Shown here in pieces: positions 49,444-63,749 of a stretch of 64,000 bases of DNA; the stretch's first letter is position 1, and each line of letters starts with the position of its first letter. The position numbers were made by a program, and so were the translations under genes. Under the pieces are notes generated by a model, which was not told where the DNA came from, made no database searches, and saw nothing but the letters and a program-made list of their open reading frames with translations. Source of the DNA: Leucoraja erinacea (Eukaryota); assembly GCF_028641065.1 (NCBI RefSeq), contig NC_073407.1:20522001-20586000 (forward strand), written 5' to 3'.

Positions 49444-50324
49444 TAAGTAGTCTTGTGAAATAAAATGTTCCAGGTTTCTACAGTCCCTTGTGTGAAATAG
49501 TGGGCCTCGATTTTTCACCGAAATTCGATATGTATTTTATTAAATGTTGTTAATGGAAATACTGAGTTGGAAGTTCAGCATTTGAAAGAAAGACGATAAA
49601 TGTGTAAGTTGCCGGCCTTTATCTGAATGCATTTATAGTGGAGGGTATTCATCTGAGAAAAAAAGCAGGAGTACCTGAAGCCTTGCTTCACCATTCAATA
49701 AGAACCTGACCTAGTAAGCAAATTCCAATGCAGGTTGCAGAAAGCGACAGACTCATCCTGGTCCAACAGCCCTCCCCTCCATTTACAAAATGTAGATATT
49801 TGGAAAATTATCTAACCATAACTTTCACAATATTAAGAGAAGCAATTGGATGAATGGAGAGGACCGTTTGCATTGATAGGGAGTCCAGGACCAGGTGAGT
49901 AGTTCAAAATGAGACCAAAGTTTTCATGGATGAAGTTACATTGCAAAAGGCAAAACATTGTGGATGTTACACAACTAATATAAACACAGAAGGACCTGGT
50001 ACCGTGCTGTATGTCTCCATGACCCTCACACACTGTTCTTTTTTGGAAATATATTACTGTTCCTTCATCATCATCATTATTGCATGTAAATTCAGGAGCT
50101 GCCCACTCAACAGCACATTTTTTCCAGAAGAATTATTACAGCTAACAAAGGCAGTTTACCATCACTATCTCAAACATTACTAGGGATAAGCTGTGAATGG
50201 TGGCCCTCAACCAGTAAATGGATTTTTTTAAAATTAAGAGTGCGAAGAGCGAACTGACTTGAGTTACGTTGTCTTGCTTGGAGTTCTCAAAACTGCAGTT
50301 CTCTATAAGAACCTCTATTGGTGG

Positions 50325-50335
50325 TAATAGTAGTC

Positions 50336-50366
<31 letters not shown>
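50325..50366. repeat. (TAG)n microsatellite
   Basis: Read directly. Confidence 0.95.
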
Positions 50367-52981
50367 GAATGTAGCTGGGGTGAGTAGTATCAGAATATAT
50401 TAGGCCCCATAGTTCTCTGAGGCTGGGTATAATGGTGCAGAAATAGATATGCAGTAAATGTAGAAAGCCTCACCCGAATAATGATATGAAATCAAGTCCA
50501 TCATTGTATACAGTATTAGCGGAGTGCATGGATTATTTTTGTGATAGACTTCCCAAACATGAAGCAGAGAGTGGATGTAAGACTGTGGCCATTCTATTGG
50601 ATAATTAAATTATGTTGAGTCTTCTCCACAGGTACTGATAGTGATATTGATAGTTCTGGGGTTACCTGGAACTTTACATCTGTTAGGTGCTATTTTGCTG
50701 TTCATGACCATTGATGTTTATTTGTTGCATATTTGAAGTCCAGTTCAGTAGCAATAATCTCAAAATGTCATCGCATATCACGATTGATATCCCTGCAGAG
50801 TATCGCAATGCCTTTTATATGTAGGTGCATCATGTGCATAGAATGGTATGTTCCAATGTGAACCATGAAGTCCTGAATGCATTTGGTGATTTATTTTACT
50901 CCAACATTCATCCATGTGACACAGAAAAACCATGTGTTATTTAATTGAGTTTCTAGCCCATTGAATCTTACAACACTGCTGGAGGCATTATACTTCATCA
51001 TGCCAGCTCTATGAAAGAGCCATACACTTGTCCTACTTCCCTGCTCTTCTTGCAAACCTTTCCTTATAAGATATACATCCCATTCCATTTTTGGCAGTTC
51101 TTACTTTCACCACTCTTTCACGTATTATGTCCTTAACAATTTTTACAAAAGAATATTATCAACCACCTTTTTCTTTTCCTATTTACACTAATCTATTACT
51201 TTTAAGTTAACTTTTTCTGTCAGTAGAAATATAGTCAGCACTTTATTAACAAAATTAATACTTCTCATGGATAGTACAGGTTTGTAGGGATATGGGCCAA
51301 ATGTGGGCAGCTGGGACGTGTTGACCGGTGTGGGCAAGTTGGCCCGAAAGGCCTGTTTGCACGCTGTATCACTCTATGACTCATCTGTATGTACTGTGGA
51401 GAAGGTTATGGAAGATGGGTAATTCTGGAAAGTGTATAGTGATGTCCTGAAACATATCAACATCACAATAGAAGTTTGTTGGTGGTGTTGAGGCAGATAA
51501 CTCCCTGTTTTAAAAGATTAATTTCAATATGCTGACTCCTGATGTTTAATCTCACTGGTAAAAACTGAACATTAATGTAAAATATGGGATGTGTGCTTCA
51601 ACTAATGTCTTCAGAGGGAAGCAAAATATAATTGTCGAAAAAACTTCATAACTATTTCTGCGGTTGAATTGGACAACCCGTGTGTTCATCACCAATACAA
51701 AAAGCAAAAGGAGCAAGATTTACCTTCGTTTCTGATTCAGTTAGTGAGGTCAGTTGATACAAGGATATTTTTTCTTCCGGGAAAACAAAGTGGTGGGCAA
51801 GTCAGGATGTGAGGGGATGGTCATTCTATTAGAGAAATAAATTATGTAGAGTCTTCCACACAGATTTGGAGGGAGCACTAATGCCTTCATTAGTTCTGTG
51901 GTTTCTTGGGAACTGTTTTTTGACTATTAACGAAGAAATGATGGGAACAATATAAAGGCAGTTCATTTGGGTGTTGTAGACTAACGCAGGAAGTAATGTT
52001 TATTTAGTATAAGTCACAACCTTAAAATCCCAATCTGCTTTATTACTAATTAAATAGTGGATTACTATTTTCATACCATTGGAGTCAGAAGCAAAAGTAG
52101 AACAGCAAGTCGAGAAGAAGGGTCTTGCCCAGAAATATCAACAGTCCATTTCCATCAATGGATGCTGCCTGATTGATGCAGATGCTGAGTTACTCCAGCT
52201 GCTCTCCTTCTTTTGCCACAGATTTCCCTGAAAATTAATTCCATGGTAGGACATATGACACATATATGGCTAACTTTTAACATTTGCCAATGTTCCGAAT
52301 TTGGATTGGAGCGACCACATGTGAACCTTTACTTGAACCTCTGAGATATGTTAGTGCCTTGCATGATTAAATTAAAAAAAACAAAAGATAGAAAAAAAAG
52401 AATGATTTCAAATTCGGTAGCTTTTACATCTCAATGCTCAAAAATAAGCCAACAGCAACAAAGGTCCAATATCAGATAGCAGTAGAAATCCCTGACCAAG
52501 TACTAACTCTAATCATTCTAACCATTGAACTTAATTCTACATAGAATCAGCTTAGTATACGAGTTAGCGTGGATGAGTTAGTATTTTTCTTATCACTGAG
52601 TTAGTAGTTTGTGGTTAAACCTTGGCTCTGTTTTCAACCACATAAAAGGTAACTATGATTTGATTTTTGGTACAAAGCTTTACTCAACATGGGCGAATTA
52701 CATCAATTCAGGTGAGCTCCACTTGCACATCACATATTCAATTATGCACCCCTGATGTCACTGTTACGTCCACTGCCATGGAAATCTCAGGGACAGGAGT
52801 ACACTGAGAGGGTGGTGGAGTATGACTTTGTAAAACTATTCGTTTCTCGTTTGTCACTTAGTTATTGTATGAATAAACTTGTAAAATACATTAAGATTTG
52901 TAGCCTGCAGTACCTACGTATATTGACTATTTCTGGTTAGTAATTGTTGTAAATCTGGCATTTGCCTGAAACATTTTGCCC

Positions 52982-53675
52982 CAGATGCGCGTTGTATTAA
53001 CTGGGGCGACACAGTGGCGATTTCGTAAGGTTTGCTTTATTGAAGTCCCCAGCTATGGTGGCAAATGCCTCAGGGTAAGATGTCTGGTGTTTGTTGACCA
53101 TGGCGTGCAGCTCCTCCAGTGCCAGACGGAAGTCTGCCTGAGGTGGGATGTAGACCACAGGTACAGATCTCAGGATAATGGAGGTGAATTCCCTTGCAAG
53201 GTAGAAGGGGCGGCACTTCACCGCCAGATGTTCGAGGTGTGGAGAGCAGGAGTTGGACAGGACTGCCACGTCTGAGCACCACGCTGAGTTGACCATGAGG
53301 TAGACGACCCCTCCTCTTCCTTTCCCAGATACCTGCGTACGGTCCATACGGTGGATGGAGAACCCTTCAGGCCGGTCCGCTGGGTCTGGGGAGCTGGGGG
53401 TGAACCATGTCTCTGTGAAACAGAACACAGAGCATTCCCTCAGCTCCCTTTGACAAAGCAGCCTTGCCCCATAATCCTCCACTTTATTTTCAAGGGACAG
53501 TACGTTGGTCAGTAGGATAGTAGGGAGAGGGGGCTGAAGTCCCCTGCGCTTCAGTCTGACCTGAAGTCCTGCCCGTAGGCCACGTTTCAGGACACAATGG
53601 AGGCCTCCCTGTAGTTTCCAGGTACTGTGCTTACTGTACCTGCTGTTTCTGCGAACCTGCGCTGGAACGGGAGAA
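52982..53675 (-). mobile_element. Rex1/Babar 5' fragment (APE endonuclease)
   Basis: ORF 52997-53692: KRGLRAGLQVRL...PTILLTNVLSLENK...FCFTETW...GGVVY...RPFYLAREF...VYIPP...AGDFN. Confidence 0.9.
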
Positions 53676-53679
53676 TAGC

Positions 53680-53932
53680 TTCTCCCCAACAACCATCAGT
53701 GCTGGAGACGGTGAAATCTAGAAACAGTTGGGAGATGTCGGAGATGGTCCAAGTGAATTTGAGTGCAGGATGGAAATTGGTGAAATTGATAAAGTCAGTG
53801 AGATCTGCATGGTTGCAGGTGGTAGCACCAATGCAGTCATCAATGTAGCGGAGGCAGAGTTTGGTGATAGGGCCAGAGTACGCCTGGAACAGTAATTGTT
53901 CGACAAATATGCCTGGAACAGTGATTGTTCGA
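53680..53932 (-). mobile_element. Penelope-like RT fragment
   Basis: Minus strand encodes VEQLLFQAYSGP...LCLRYIDDCIGA...LTDFINF...NFHPALKFTWTISD. Confidence 0.8.
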
Positions 53933-55369
53933 TGGTCCAGATGAGTTACTCGTCAATGATAATCTCCAAGCAACTGCTGGTGGAAGACTTAGCAATGTTA
54001 ATGCCATTGAATGTTAGAGTGGGTGTTTGGATTCTCCCTTGAGTGAGAGCATTTCTGCAAATGTTTCCTGCAACTTACCAACCCACACCTGAAAGTTGTC
54101 TAGTTCTTGGTCTATGCAAACATAGACTGCTTCTTTTACTGAGGTGCTGCTGCTGGAATTCAACAATATATAATCATCAGTAAACTGTGCCACTTTTGCA
54201 GCCATTTCCTTGTGTGGAGTAATTGATCTCCATCAATCTTAATCACTTTACTCTGTGTGAGGTATGACTTTAAACATTGGTGTGTTTTCTTCATGGTACC
54301 CATTCACTTCAAATTTGCCAAGACTGTTGGTCAAATATTATCTTGATGACAATAGCTCATCTCTTCCCTGGAATTCAACTCTTTGGCCCATGTTTGAACC
54401 AAGCCTATGCAGAGATAGAGTCAAATGGTCCTGCCAAGTTGGGAATCATGAGCAGGCCACTGGAGAATAAGTGCAGCTTTATTGCACTCTCAGTGAGTCA
54501 TTGAGTCACTTTTACGATAACTGAGAATGGACTGAGTGGACAGTTATTGTGTAGATTAGAACTGCTTTATTTTTTGTAAAGAGTTGAGTTTTTGTAAAAA
54601 TTGTGAGCAATTTTCTATCTTGCTGGGTAATGCCAGTGTTGTAATTGCCCTGGGAACAAGTTGGCTGGTGGCTTGATCTAAAAACAAAGTGCTGGAGACT
54701 GAAGTCTGAAGAAGGATCCTGACCTCACATGCCATCTATCGATTCCCCTCCACAGGTGCTGCTTGACCAACTGACCAGCATTTTACTTTGCATAAGATTC
54801 CAGCATCTCTACATCCACACTATCAAGAACAGATTCATCTGACCTGTGCGGATTGGTGAGAATGAAAAACAGGAAATGTATCCCCTATGTTGGTTTGCCC
54901 ACTAGTTATTGCAGATTGAATTTTGTTGGAATCTCACTGCCGATTACTGTCAATTCAAGATTTACAGATCAAATCTTATTGTCCTTTTTCTTATCATGCT
55001 CTCTCATTCATTTTCTAGTGATAAAACATACAAAAATTCTGAACCAAAATACTATTTATATTGAAAACAATATGCAAAGGCTTCCTAAATGAACACCACT
55101 TGTTATTTTCCTCTTTTTTTGGAGATACGCCACATTTAGTACAGTCTGGCCTCACTTCACCTGGACAATTTGCAGCATATGGAACATGAGAAAATTGGGG
55201 TTGTATTATTATTGGCCATGATTGATAGGGATAGTCCACCATAGATCTTGAGACCCATTTCTGCTGAATGCTGTATGACTTCTAGTGAGCAACCCAGAAG
55301 TAGAATCGAGACACAAGAGGCTGCTGAAGTTATTATTCCAGGTGGAATTATTATTTGAGCATGATAATG

Positions 55370-55660
55370 ACTGTTTATAGACCCTTCAATCCATGCCAAC
55401 CATCAATCACCCGTTCACACTCGATCTATGTTATCCCATTTTTACAAGCATTTCCTACACTCCAGGGGCAATTTACAGAGACTAATTACCATTAAACCCG
55501 CACATCTTTGGATGTAGAAGGACATCGAAGCCCTGGAGGAAACCGATGTGGTCACATGGAGAACGTCCAAATTCCACTCAAAAAACACCCAATGTCAGAT
55601 TGAACCGGGTCTCTGCTGCTGTGAGTCAGAGGTACCACCAGCTCCACCATGGTGCCACCC
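55370..55660 (-). mobile_element. Degraded HE1-like V-SINE
   Basis: GAAACCGATGTGGTCACATGGAGAACGTCCAAATTCC...GATTGAACCGGGTCTCTGCTGCTGTGAG...CCATGGTGCCACCC. Confidence 0.7.
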
Positions 55661-57049
55661 TTGATGGTCCACTGGTCCATTAAATATCATGAGGAAGTAT
55701 GCCATTCATTATATGCAGATTGCTAATGTGTACATAAAGCTGTATGCCAGTACCATCAGGGACTTCAAAACGTAGTCCTTGTTGTTCAACAGTTTCCTTT
55801 TGATTGTCAAGATGTCGTAAATGCAGATGTGATAAAGGCATCGATGCTGCGCTCAGAATGACCTCCTTGATGTGCTGTGCATGATCAGATGCCATTTGAT
55901 CTTGAGGGTCTGAAGTCTCTTCTAGTTTCAGTGCATTTCTAAGCTGACAATTACAAAGCATTGCACCCTGTCTTATGGAGCAGTCTGCAATACTTTCAAA
56001 GCTATTTCTTTCCATATCTGTAGTTGTCTGATAAGGAAAAATAAGATCTATTTGGCTATCTTAGAGCAGACTGCATCATAAATGTGTTTTGTGCAGATGA
56101 AAATTTTTGAGATGTAGCATATTTCTGTTTCAGCCTGGATGATCGTGACACCAAAAGGTTAATGGGTGTAATAAACAAGAACTGTCCTTGCCTATTCTGA
56201 GGTTGAATCTGTGGTTGGAGCACATAGCCTATTGTCTTTATGGAGAAACATAGATTCTTTACGCATTGTTCTTTATTGAGGTGCCATAGGAAGACTGCTT
56301 CCTTAGGGCTCTGGGTGGATATGGCATCATGCTGAGAGATGATCTTTCCTGCCTTCTCTTCCTTTCCTCCCCACCCTTCCTGTCCTTACAATGCCATCTG
56401 TTTAGTCCTGATTCATGCTGTGTTCCTTGGGAAATGGCTTCTGGTGCACCCATATCTGAAGGAACTGTTTCTGGCAGAAGCTTGAAGGCAAAATGAAGAC
56501 CTTTACATATGGCACAGCCCTCTCTGTAGACTTAGATGAAAAGAACACCAAGAAAGACCAATTTCTTGTTTTCAAAACGTTCCGTGCCTTGAGCCTTCCT
56601 GTTTATCAATTCCTCCTGCCTTTCATGCCTCTGATCTCTCTGTACTTACTCTGACCCTTCACAGCTTCTTGGTTTTCACTGCTCCACCGTTGCTAGTTGT
56701 GGCTTCTAGGGCCTGGGCCACAAGCTCTGGAATTGTTTCACTAAACTTATTGTGCCATCTCTCCTTGAAAAGATTTTAAAAAATCTATCTCTTCGATCAA
56801 GGTTTTGATCAACGTCTTAATATATTTTCATGTAGCTTGGTGTCAAATGTGTTTAATATTAGCTCCTTTGAAGTGGTTTGGAACTTAAGATGATAATGTT
56901 TGCTCCTCTGTGAATTGAAAGTATGAGTACTATTCTGCATTTGGGCAACTCTTGCATCACGAACATTCAGCTAATTAAAATTTGGCCTTACAGAATTCAC
57001 AAATGTAATTCACAAAAGTATTGAAATAGTCATGCAGCATGAAAATAAA

Positions 57050-57385
57050 GCCTCACCTCCCTACATTTTGACCCATAACCCTCTAAACCTTTCCAATCCA
57101 TTTTCCTGTCCAAGTGTCTTTTAAACGTTGTTATTGTACCTGCCTCAACTACCTCCTCTGGCAATTTGTTCCATATACCCACCACCCTCTGTGTAGAAAG
57201 GGTGTCCCTCAAGTTCCTATTAAATCTGTCCCCTCTCACCTTAAACTTATGTTCTCTGGTTCTTGATTTCCACAACTCTAGGTAAAAAGACTGTGCATAA
57301 ACACTATCCACCATATGATTTTAAACACCTCTATATGATCACCCCTTAGCCTACAACGCTTCAAGAATATAGTCCTTGCGCTCCT
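57050..57385 (-). mobile_element. Older CR1 3' fragment
   Basis: ORF 57030-57314 KSRTREHKFKVRG...QRVVGIWNKLPEEVVEAG...GLEGYG. Confidence 0.85.
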
Positions 57386-58967
57386 AGGATTAAAGATATA
57401 GAAAAAATTGCCCGCATGGAATTCATTTGGAAAAATAAATAAATAAACATACTTTTTTTTGTCAACCCTTGCTTCCTGAAGCATGTGCAGATGACATGGC
57501 TTTGTGGGCTGTTTTTGAAGAATGTGCACTCTTTGCCCCTCCATAAAACCAGGTGTGAGGGAGGGTGGGAGCAGGGGGGTTGCTGTCGCCTGCTTTTGGT
57601 ATTGACATACATGTGGGATGTGGGACGAGGAGTTGTAACCAAACTTACCAGGTAGTTATTTGCTCGTCCTTTACAAATCACAATTGTGAGTGAATTTCTG
57701 TGGTGAAATCCATTTCGATAATTCTGAGACTGTTGGGTAGAATGTGTCTATTTGACAATTGGCAAAAAGAATCCTGAAGATCTGAGTGAAAAATTGCATC
57801 AGCGACAAATGCAACATGCAGGAATGGTAAAAAAAGTCAGTAAATCACTGTTAGTTTTCTCATATACAGAGATCCATGGATTTGTTATAATTGGAGATGT
57901 TATACATATAATTGCATGTATGTATTAGGACACCTTTAAAATATTGCAGCCACATAATTTAGATGGAAGTTTCCTACGTCTTCAGTTCCCCCACTGGAAT
58001 ATATATCATATTTAGAAAGCTGAATTTTACTCTCTGTGCCAAAAAATTAAATACTTTTTTTTGGTTTAGTAAAACTGGATTTGGTGTGTTGACTGTCAGT
58101 ATATCTCTGTCACCATCAGTACCACCAAACGATTTATTGCCAGTTTCTCTCATTACCATTTGTGGAACCTTGCTGTGTGTGTGTGTAATGCTAGCAGGGT
58201 GACTACACTTCAAAGTAATTAATTCTATGCAAAGTGCTTTTGAATATCCTGTGACACGTGAGAAAGGCTACATAAAATGCAAATTTTCCTTACCAAGACT
58301 TGCAGATAGCTTTATAAATCCATGGAAAGAAGATTCAACTTGCTGATATTTGTGACTTCAGTGGACTATATCAATATATTTCTTAAAAGGTATGCGTTTC
58401 TGTTCCCTGTTAAGTAGTTTATCGTATCTATGATAAATGAGTACCAATTTTATTTGACAAATAGCATAGTGCACAAATTGAAAGAGAAACCAAGACATAA
58501 GGTCATGAAAGTGGCAGAGGTAGTAACATATACAATCTTTTGGAGGTAGAAATAGGTAACCTGATATAGATTTACAGAGAATTTACAATATATCGAAACA
58601 GGACATCTATGATACAGAAAGAGAATGTGCAACCAAACTATCCATGCCTTTGTTTATATTACAACCAAACCTCTTTGCACCTGACTTCATGGTACCCTCG
58701 GCATATCCTTCCATAAAGATAAAAGATTGCAAATGCTCAGAACCTGAAATCAAGGCAAAATTCTGAAAATGCTCAACTGATAAAAAAGGATTTGCGGAGG
58801 GTTAAACCACCAATTAAGGTTTTCTCTCTCTGTTCCCCTCTCCACAGATACTATGTGACTTGATTATTTCCAACATTTTTGCTTATTTCACCATTTTTTT
58901 CATCTATTTCTTGGGCAATGAGGAGGATTTAGGTCATCAAAAGACACCAAAGCTGAACACGATCAAA

Positions 58968-59157
58968 GGTTACACAAAAAAGCTGGAGAAACTCAGCGGG
59001 TGCAGCAGCATCTATGGAGCGAAGGAAATAGGCAACGTTTTCGGCCCGAAACGTTGCCTATTTCCTTCGCTCCATAGATGCTGCTGCACCCGCTGAGTTT
59101 CTCCAGCTTTTTTGTGTAACCTTCGATTCTCCAGCATCTGCAGTTCCCTCTTAAACA
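58968..59157. mobile_element. Young palindromic Penelope-derived element with 15-bp TSD
   Basis: 73-bp perfect inverted arms (58968-59040, 59049-59121), 8-nt spacer, CAGCATCTGCAGTTCC tail; TSD CTGAACACGATCAAA at 58953-58967 and 59158-59172. Confidence 0.9.
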
Positions 59158-62100
59158 CTGAACACGATCAAATTCAGTTTGAGTCAATGACCATAAAAGG
59201 CATTGGAGGAGATAACACAGATTGGAACCTTTTTCCATGACACCCAAATAAGGCAGCTTTGGCCTCCTGCACTAAGTATAGAAGAAAGTATTAAATGAGA
59301 AAGTGTCATTTCTCAGAATTGTTTCCTTTGAATTCAGAAACAATCAAGTTTTCAAGAACTTGAATATACCATTGCAGTATTAAAAAAATAAAATAAGAAA
59401 TCAAGTAAGCCCATAGAGCTATCAGGCGTTCTGTTCACAGAACAGTTGCATTTACCCTGTTGTGATTATTCTACCCACATAACCATCTACTTGGAAGATA
59501 AAAGATCACAAAATAACCCAATCCTCTTGCTTCAAGTATGCTTTTGTACGACTTTGTAAATGAGCATTATCAAGAGTAGTTCAGTTTGAGCTCCTGCTAA
59601 ATGAATGCTTGAAAACTAAACCTAAGTCCTTAAATTAGTTGCCTTTCTCACCAGCATAGCTTTGCTAGAGGCAAGAGAAATTTCCGTTTTGATGTTGCAG
59701 TTCACTGTAGGTTTACCTGCTGAGACATCAAATCTCACTAACGATATAAATCCTTTTATTCGTTTCCAATTCATCAGTGGGTTATTATAAAATGCTTAAA
59801 CGGAGATAATACTAACAATTGAGTGCGTGTCCACTTTAAAGTAAGAAGAATCAGTAAAAATAAATTTGCCTTTCGCACTTATTATTCTTATGATTGTCAT
59901 TTTCTTTATTTTAAGGTTGTTTGCAAGTCTGTGGTTTAATTTGTATGGGTTGAATGAAGCACGTTGTTATAGCCTTGCCATATCTTTTCCCCATTCAGGC
60001 TACTATTTTAATGCAAGAAAGGACAGTGTTAATATTTCCTCCATTTCACAATTTGCAACACAGAGGATTCTACACTGTTACGGATCAGTGTTATTGCGAG
60101 TTCATGATGTTGCTTGTGGCAGACCAGAGAAGTACACTTTCCTTTTTTTCTATGTCAAAAAAGCTGCACATTAATGAATGTTTTTTCATTCTGTGCATTT
60201 TCATGATCAGACTTAATTATATTTAGCTAATTTTCTTAAAAGATGAAGGGGATTGACTCCTTAATTCAATATGCAACGGAAGTTTGAGAAGAGATAAGGA
60301 AAGTCATGATAAATCAGATGGAATCATGAGTTAAAATGAAGCTTGGTTTTCAGAAACTTGAAGATTAGAAGACAAATGAAAAATTTGTCACAGTTTAAGT
60401 GTCAGGAAAAAGATAAGCTTATGTAGAAAATACAACACTAGGTTTTCCGAGCAAAACTGCCCGTTTTAGGAGCATTAATTGTATTGGTTCCATTACTGAT
60501 TGGGTTTAATTTCAACACATTGAAGACTGAAGATGAGAAACAATACCGATTTAATATGTTTCTAGCTCAAACAAAACAAGAGAAAATTGTATTGAGAGCA
60601 TTATTTTAATATACAGGTAATATGGGAAGTAGATCTAATTTCAACGGTGGAAAGAATTTGGATTTCTCATGTGGGGTTTGAGTAAGGTGATTGTGAAGGA
60701 TTTACCAGAATTTAGGGATGTCCATTCCGTGCTCTTGTGTTTTGTTTAATTGTACGTTTGAGTCTGAATGGAATGGTAACTTTTCTTTGACAAATATAAA
60801 TGTGCAAGATGGGTCTATACTCTCTGGAATTTAGGATTAGAAATCATCTCATTCTGAGGGGTCTTGACAAAGTAGATGCAATGAGACTAAAGGAAAAAAA
60901 ACACAGAATTTAACAAATAGAAAGTAAAGTAGGGCCATTAGATTACTTCTCCCTCCACTGTCATTCAATAAATCATGGCTGATTCCTACGCTAACCAGAT
61001 AGCACTTGGTGGCTCGAAGAACGAAGGTGGCAGTATGTAGAAGTGTGGAGAGGATTGTGTTCTGAGTTGGTTGGTTATAGGTGAGCGAGTTAACGAGAGC
61101 AGATGGAGCCGAGTGAGGGAGGAGGAAAGGGAACAGGTGAACAAAATGAGATAGGCTGGGCTGGTGGGAAAGGAACATGGGATTTGGCTTATCAGAAATT
61201 TGCAAATTCAATGTTCGTACCATTGGGTCTTAAGTTATCCAAGCAGAATTTTCCCAATCATGATAGTTCTTTTTTTGGCAATGTTAATAGCCTATTTCTT
61301 TCATCAAAAACCGTCTTTAACTTTCCCCGATTGGTTTTTGTTTGTGTCTTAAAGAATATATACCTTATTTGTAAACTATGCATTAATTCTTTAAATATTA
61401 GGTATTACTTATTTACTGTCAAGTCTTTAAATATAATTTCTTAATTTCAATAGCCAACTCCAATGTCATAAGCTCCATTCAAATTTAAGATCATGAAATT
61501 AACATTGAACTAAATCACTTTTAATTCAATATAAAAGTCCATCATATTATAATCAGTGTGTCCTAAAAATCCCTTTCTGAATACACACTTTAAAATACTC
61601 CATGAATTCAGGCTACACAGTGTTACTGCTCACTTAGTTTTCCCTGTCACTATGTATATTTAAGTCCCCCATGCAATTGTGAAGATCTGATATAAATCAG
61701 AAAATACTAGAAATAATTAGTAGATCAGAAAGCATCTGTGCAGAAAGAAATAGGGTTAATGTTCAGATTAATGACCATTCATTAAAATTATGAAAAGATA
61801 GAAATCAAATATGTTTTAGTATATTTGTGGATGTTTTACATTGCAGAGAAGAAAATGAATAGCGGGAACAAAGAGATGCCTGCGACAGAGGTGTGAAAGG
61901 TATTCAAGTTGAGGTGTTAACTCTGTTCTTTTCTCCACAAATGCTGCCCAATATGCTGTGAGCTCCTTTCAATTGATGGCAGAGGGAATATATCTCTGGA
62001 TAAAACTGATATGGGAAATTTCTTTCTTCAAAATGCTGTGAACCTTAAATCATTGAGAAAATTTAAGGCTGTAAAGAGATGTTTGGACTATGAGCAAACA

Positions 62101-62217
62101 GAGGTTGAGGAGATTCCACAGGAAAATGAAATTGAAGCCAGAGATCTGATCAGCCATAATCTTATAGAATTAAAGGTTTAAAGGGCCAAGCGACCTACCC
62201 TTGCTCTTTATTTCTTA

Positions 62218-62570
62218 AGGGCCTGTCCCACTTGGACGACCTAATCCACGAGTTTAGAAGACCCTAGAAGAGTTGAAATAAATGTCAAGGTCGTGTTGAC
62301 TCGCCGAAGTAAAAGACCTCCTACGACTATGCCTACGACCTCCTACAACTATGTCTACGACCTCCTATGACTATGTCTACGACCTCCTACCACCCCCTTC
62401 GACCTCAGTCTTCCACACCTAAGACCAACCTCGACTAGCTACGAGTGGAAAATGATCACATGATAAAATGATGTCATGTTTCCATTTTTTTCTCAGGCCA
62501 GTTACCGACCTACAACTACCTACGACTATCTACGACTATCTACGACTACCATCACGACCTACTATGACCT
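62218..62570. mobile_element. Truncated Harbinger-type non-autonomous element
   Basis: Starts TTA|AGGGCCTGTCCCACTTGG (same TIR as 33691); interior has CTACGAC(C/T) short repeats. Confidence 0.75.
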
Positions 62571-62659
62571 TAAGGGTTTCGGCCCGAAACGTTGCCTATT
62601 TCCTTCGCTCCATAGATGCTGCTGCACCCGCTGAGTTTCTCCAGCTTTTTTGTGTAACC
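62571..62659. mobile_element. Single arm of the young Penelope-derived family
   Basis: TCGGCCCGAAACGTTGCC...GTGTAACC matches 59041-59121. Confidence 0.88.
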
Positions 62660-63749
62660 AAGGGATATCACCTTGGTAGATTACATGACTAGTAAGGATG
62701 CTTTGTTTAAGGATAGGAGCAAACACTGCCAAGTAAGATACTATTGAATGCATAGACACTGAGAATGTCTGAAATGTTTTTGCACAGTATTTGTTTGGTA
62801 TATATTTTTCATTCTTGCCCAAATTGTCAACTGCCTATACCCGCTAGATTCTGCCTGACTCGCTTAAATTCTCCAGCCTTTTGTTTTTTTCTCAAGATTC
62901 AAACTCGGAAAATACTTTCCATTAATACGATTTCATTATTAACTTTTTCTAAAAATCCTTCTCAAAACATATTCTTTGGGCTCTCTCCCTAATACACACT
63001 TCCCCTTAGGACATTTAACGCAATAATGTGTTGTACTTTGGGATATCTTCCACATTCTACTTAAAAAATCTTACATCGATGCAAGTTGTTAAGAATTTAT
63101 ACATCTCCAAATACTTTTGAGCTGACAATAAAGAAAAAAGACTCACAATAGTATTTTCTGTAAAATTTGTTTTAAAAGTGCCTTACAGGCAATGAAATCG
63201 TTTTTTTGGTCTAACAATTTTTGCAACATAGGAAAAATGATAGCCAATTTCCACCGAGTGAGCTCTGGCAAGAGGTGCATGGCCATGACCACATTTGTGC
63301 ATATGTGGTGAAATCATTGTTCACACTACCCAGGACGCCTCAAAGAACTCCCTTGCACTTTAAACATTGTTGAATATGACTTCATTGTCCAAGACTGCAG
63401 TCAAATTGGTGAGCTTATAACCTCGAGCACCCCACGAAAGAGATGTGAACAAATGACAGGGGCTTTTCCAAAAAGAGAGAAAAACTCAATCAGCAATCAC
63501 CCTGGCAGCCAGGCAACCAATTTATGAGACATCTGAAAGCTACGGAAGCAGTTACACCTCTTCTGTTAGCTGTAGATAAATGCATTCCACAGCCAACGTG
63601 GCACACCAAGTTCCAATGACTTACACATTTCTGTTTGTTTGGCTATAATATTGCACTCACGTTGGCCATGAATATTCTTTCATTTGTGAGTAAGCCCTGC
63701 ATAGCCCGAGCCTTTAATATTTCTAAACTAAGATTCATGTGAAATTTAA

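Noticed and set aside
52760-52980. Possible LTR remnant (TGT start, AATAAA)
   Set aside because: No matching end, TSD or second LTR could be identified.
54494-54508. Tandem AP-1 sites TGAGTCATTGAGTCA
   Set aside because: Within what looks like a decayed LINE and explicable by an 8-bp slippage duplication; no other support.
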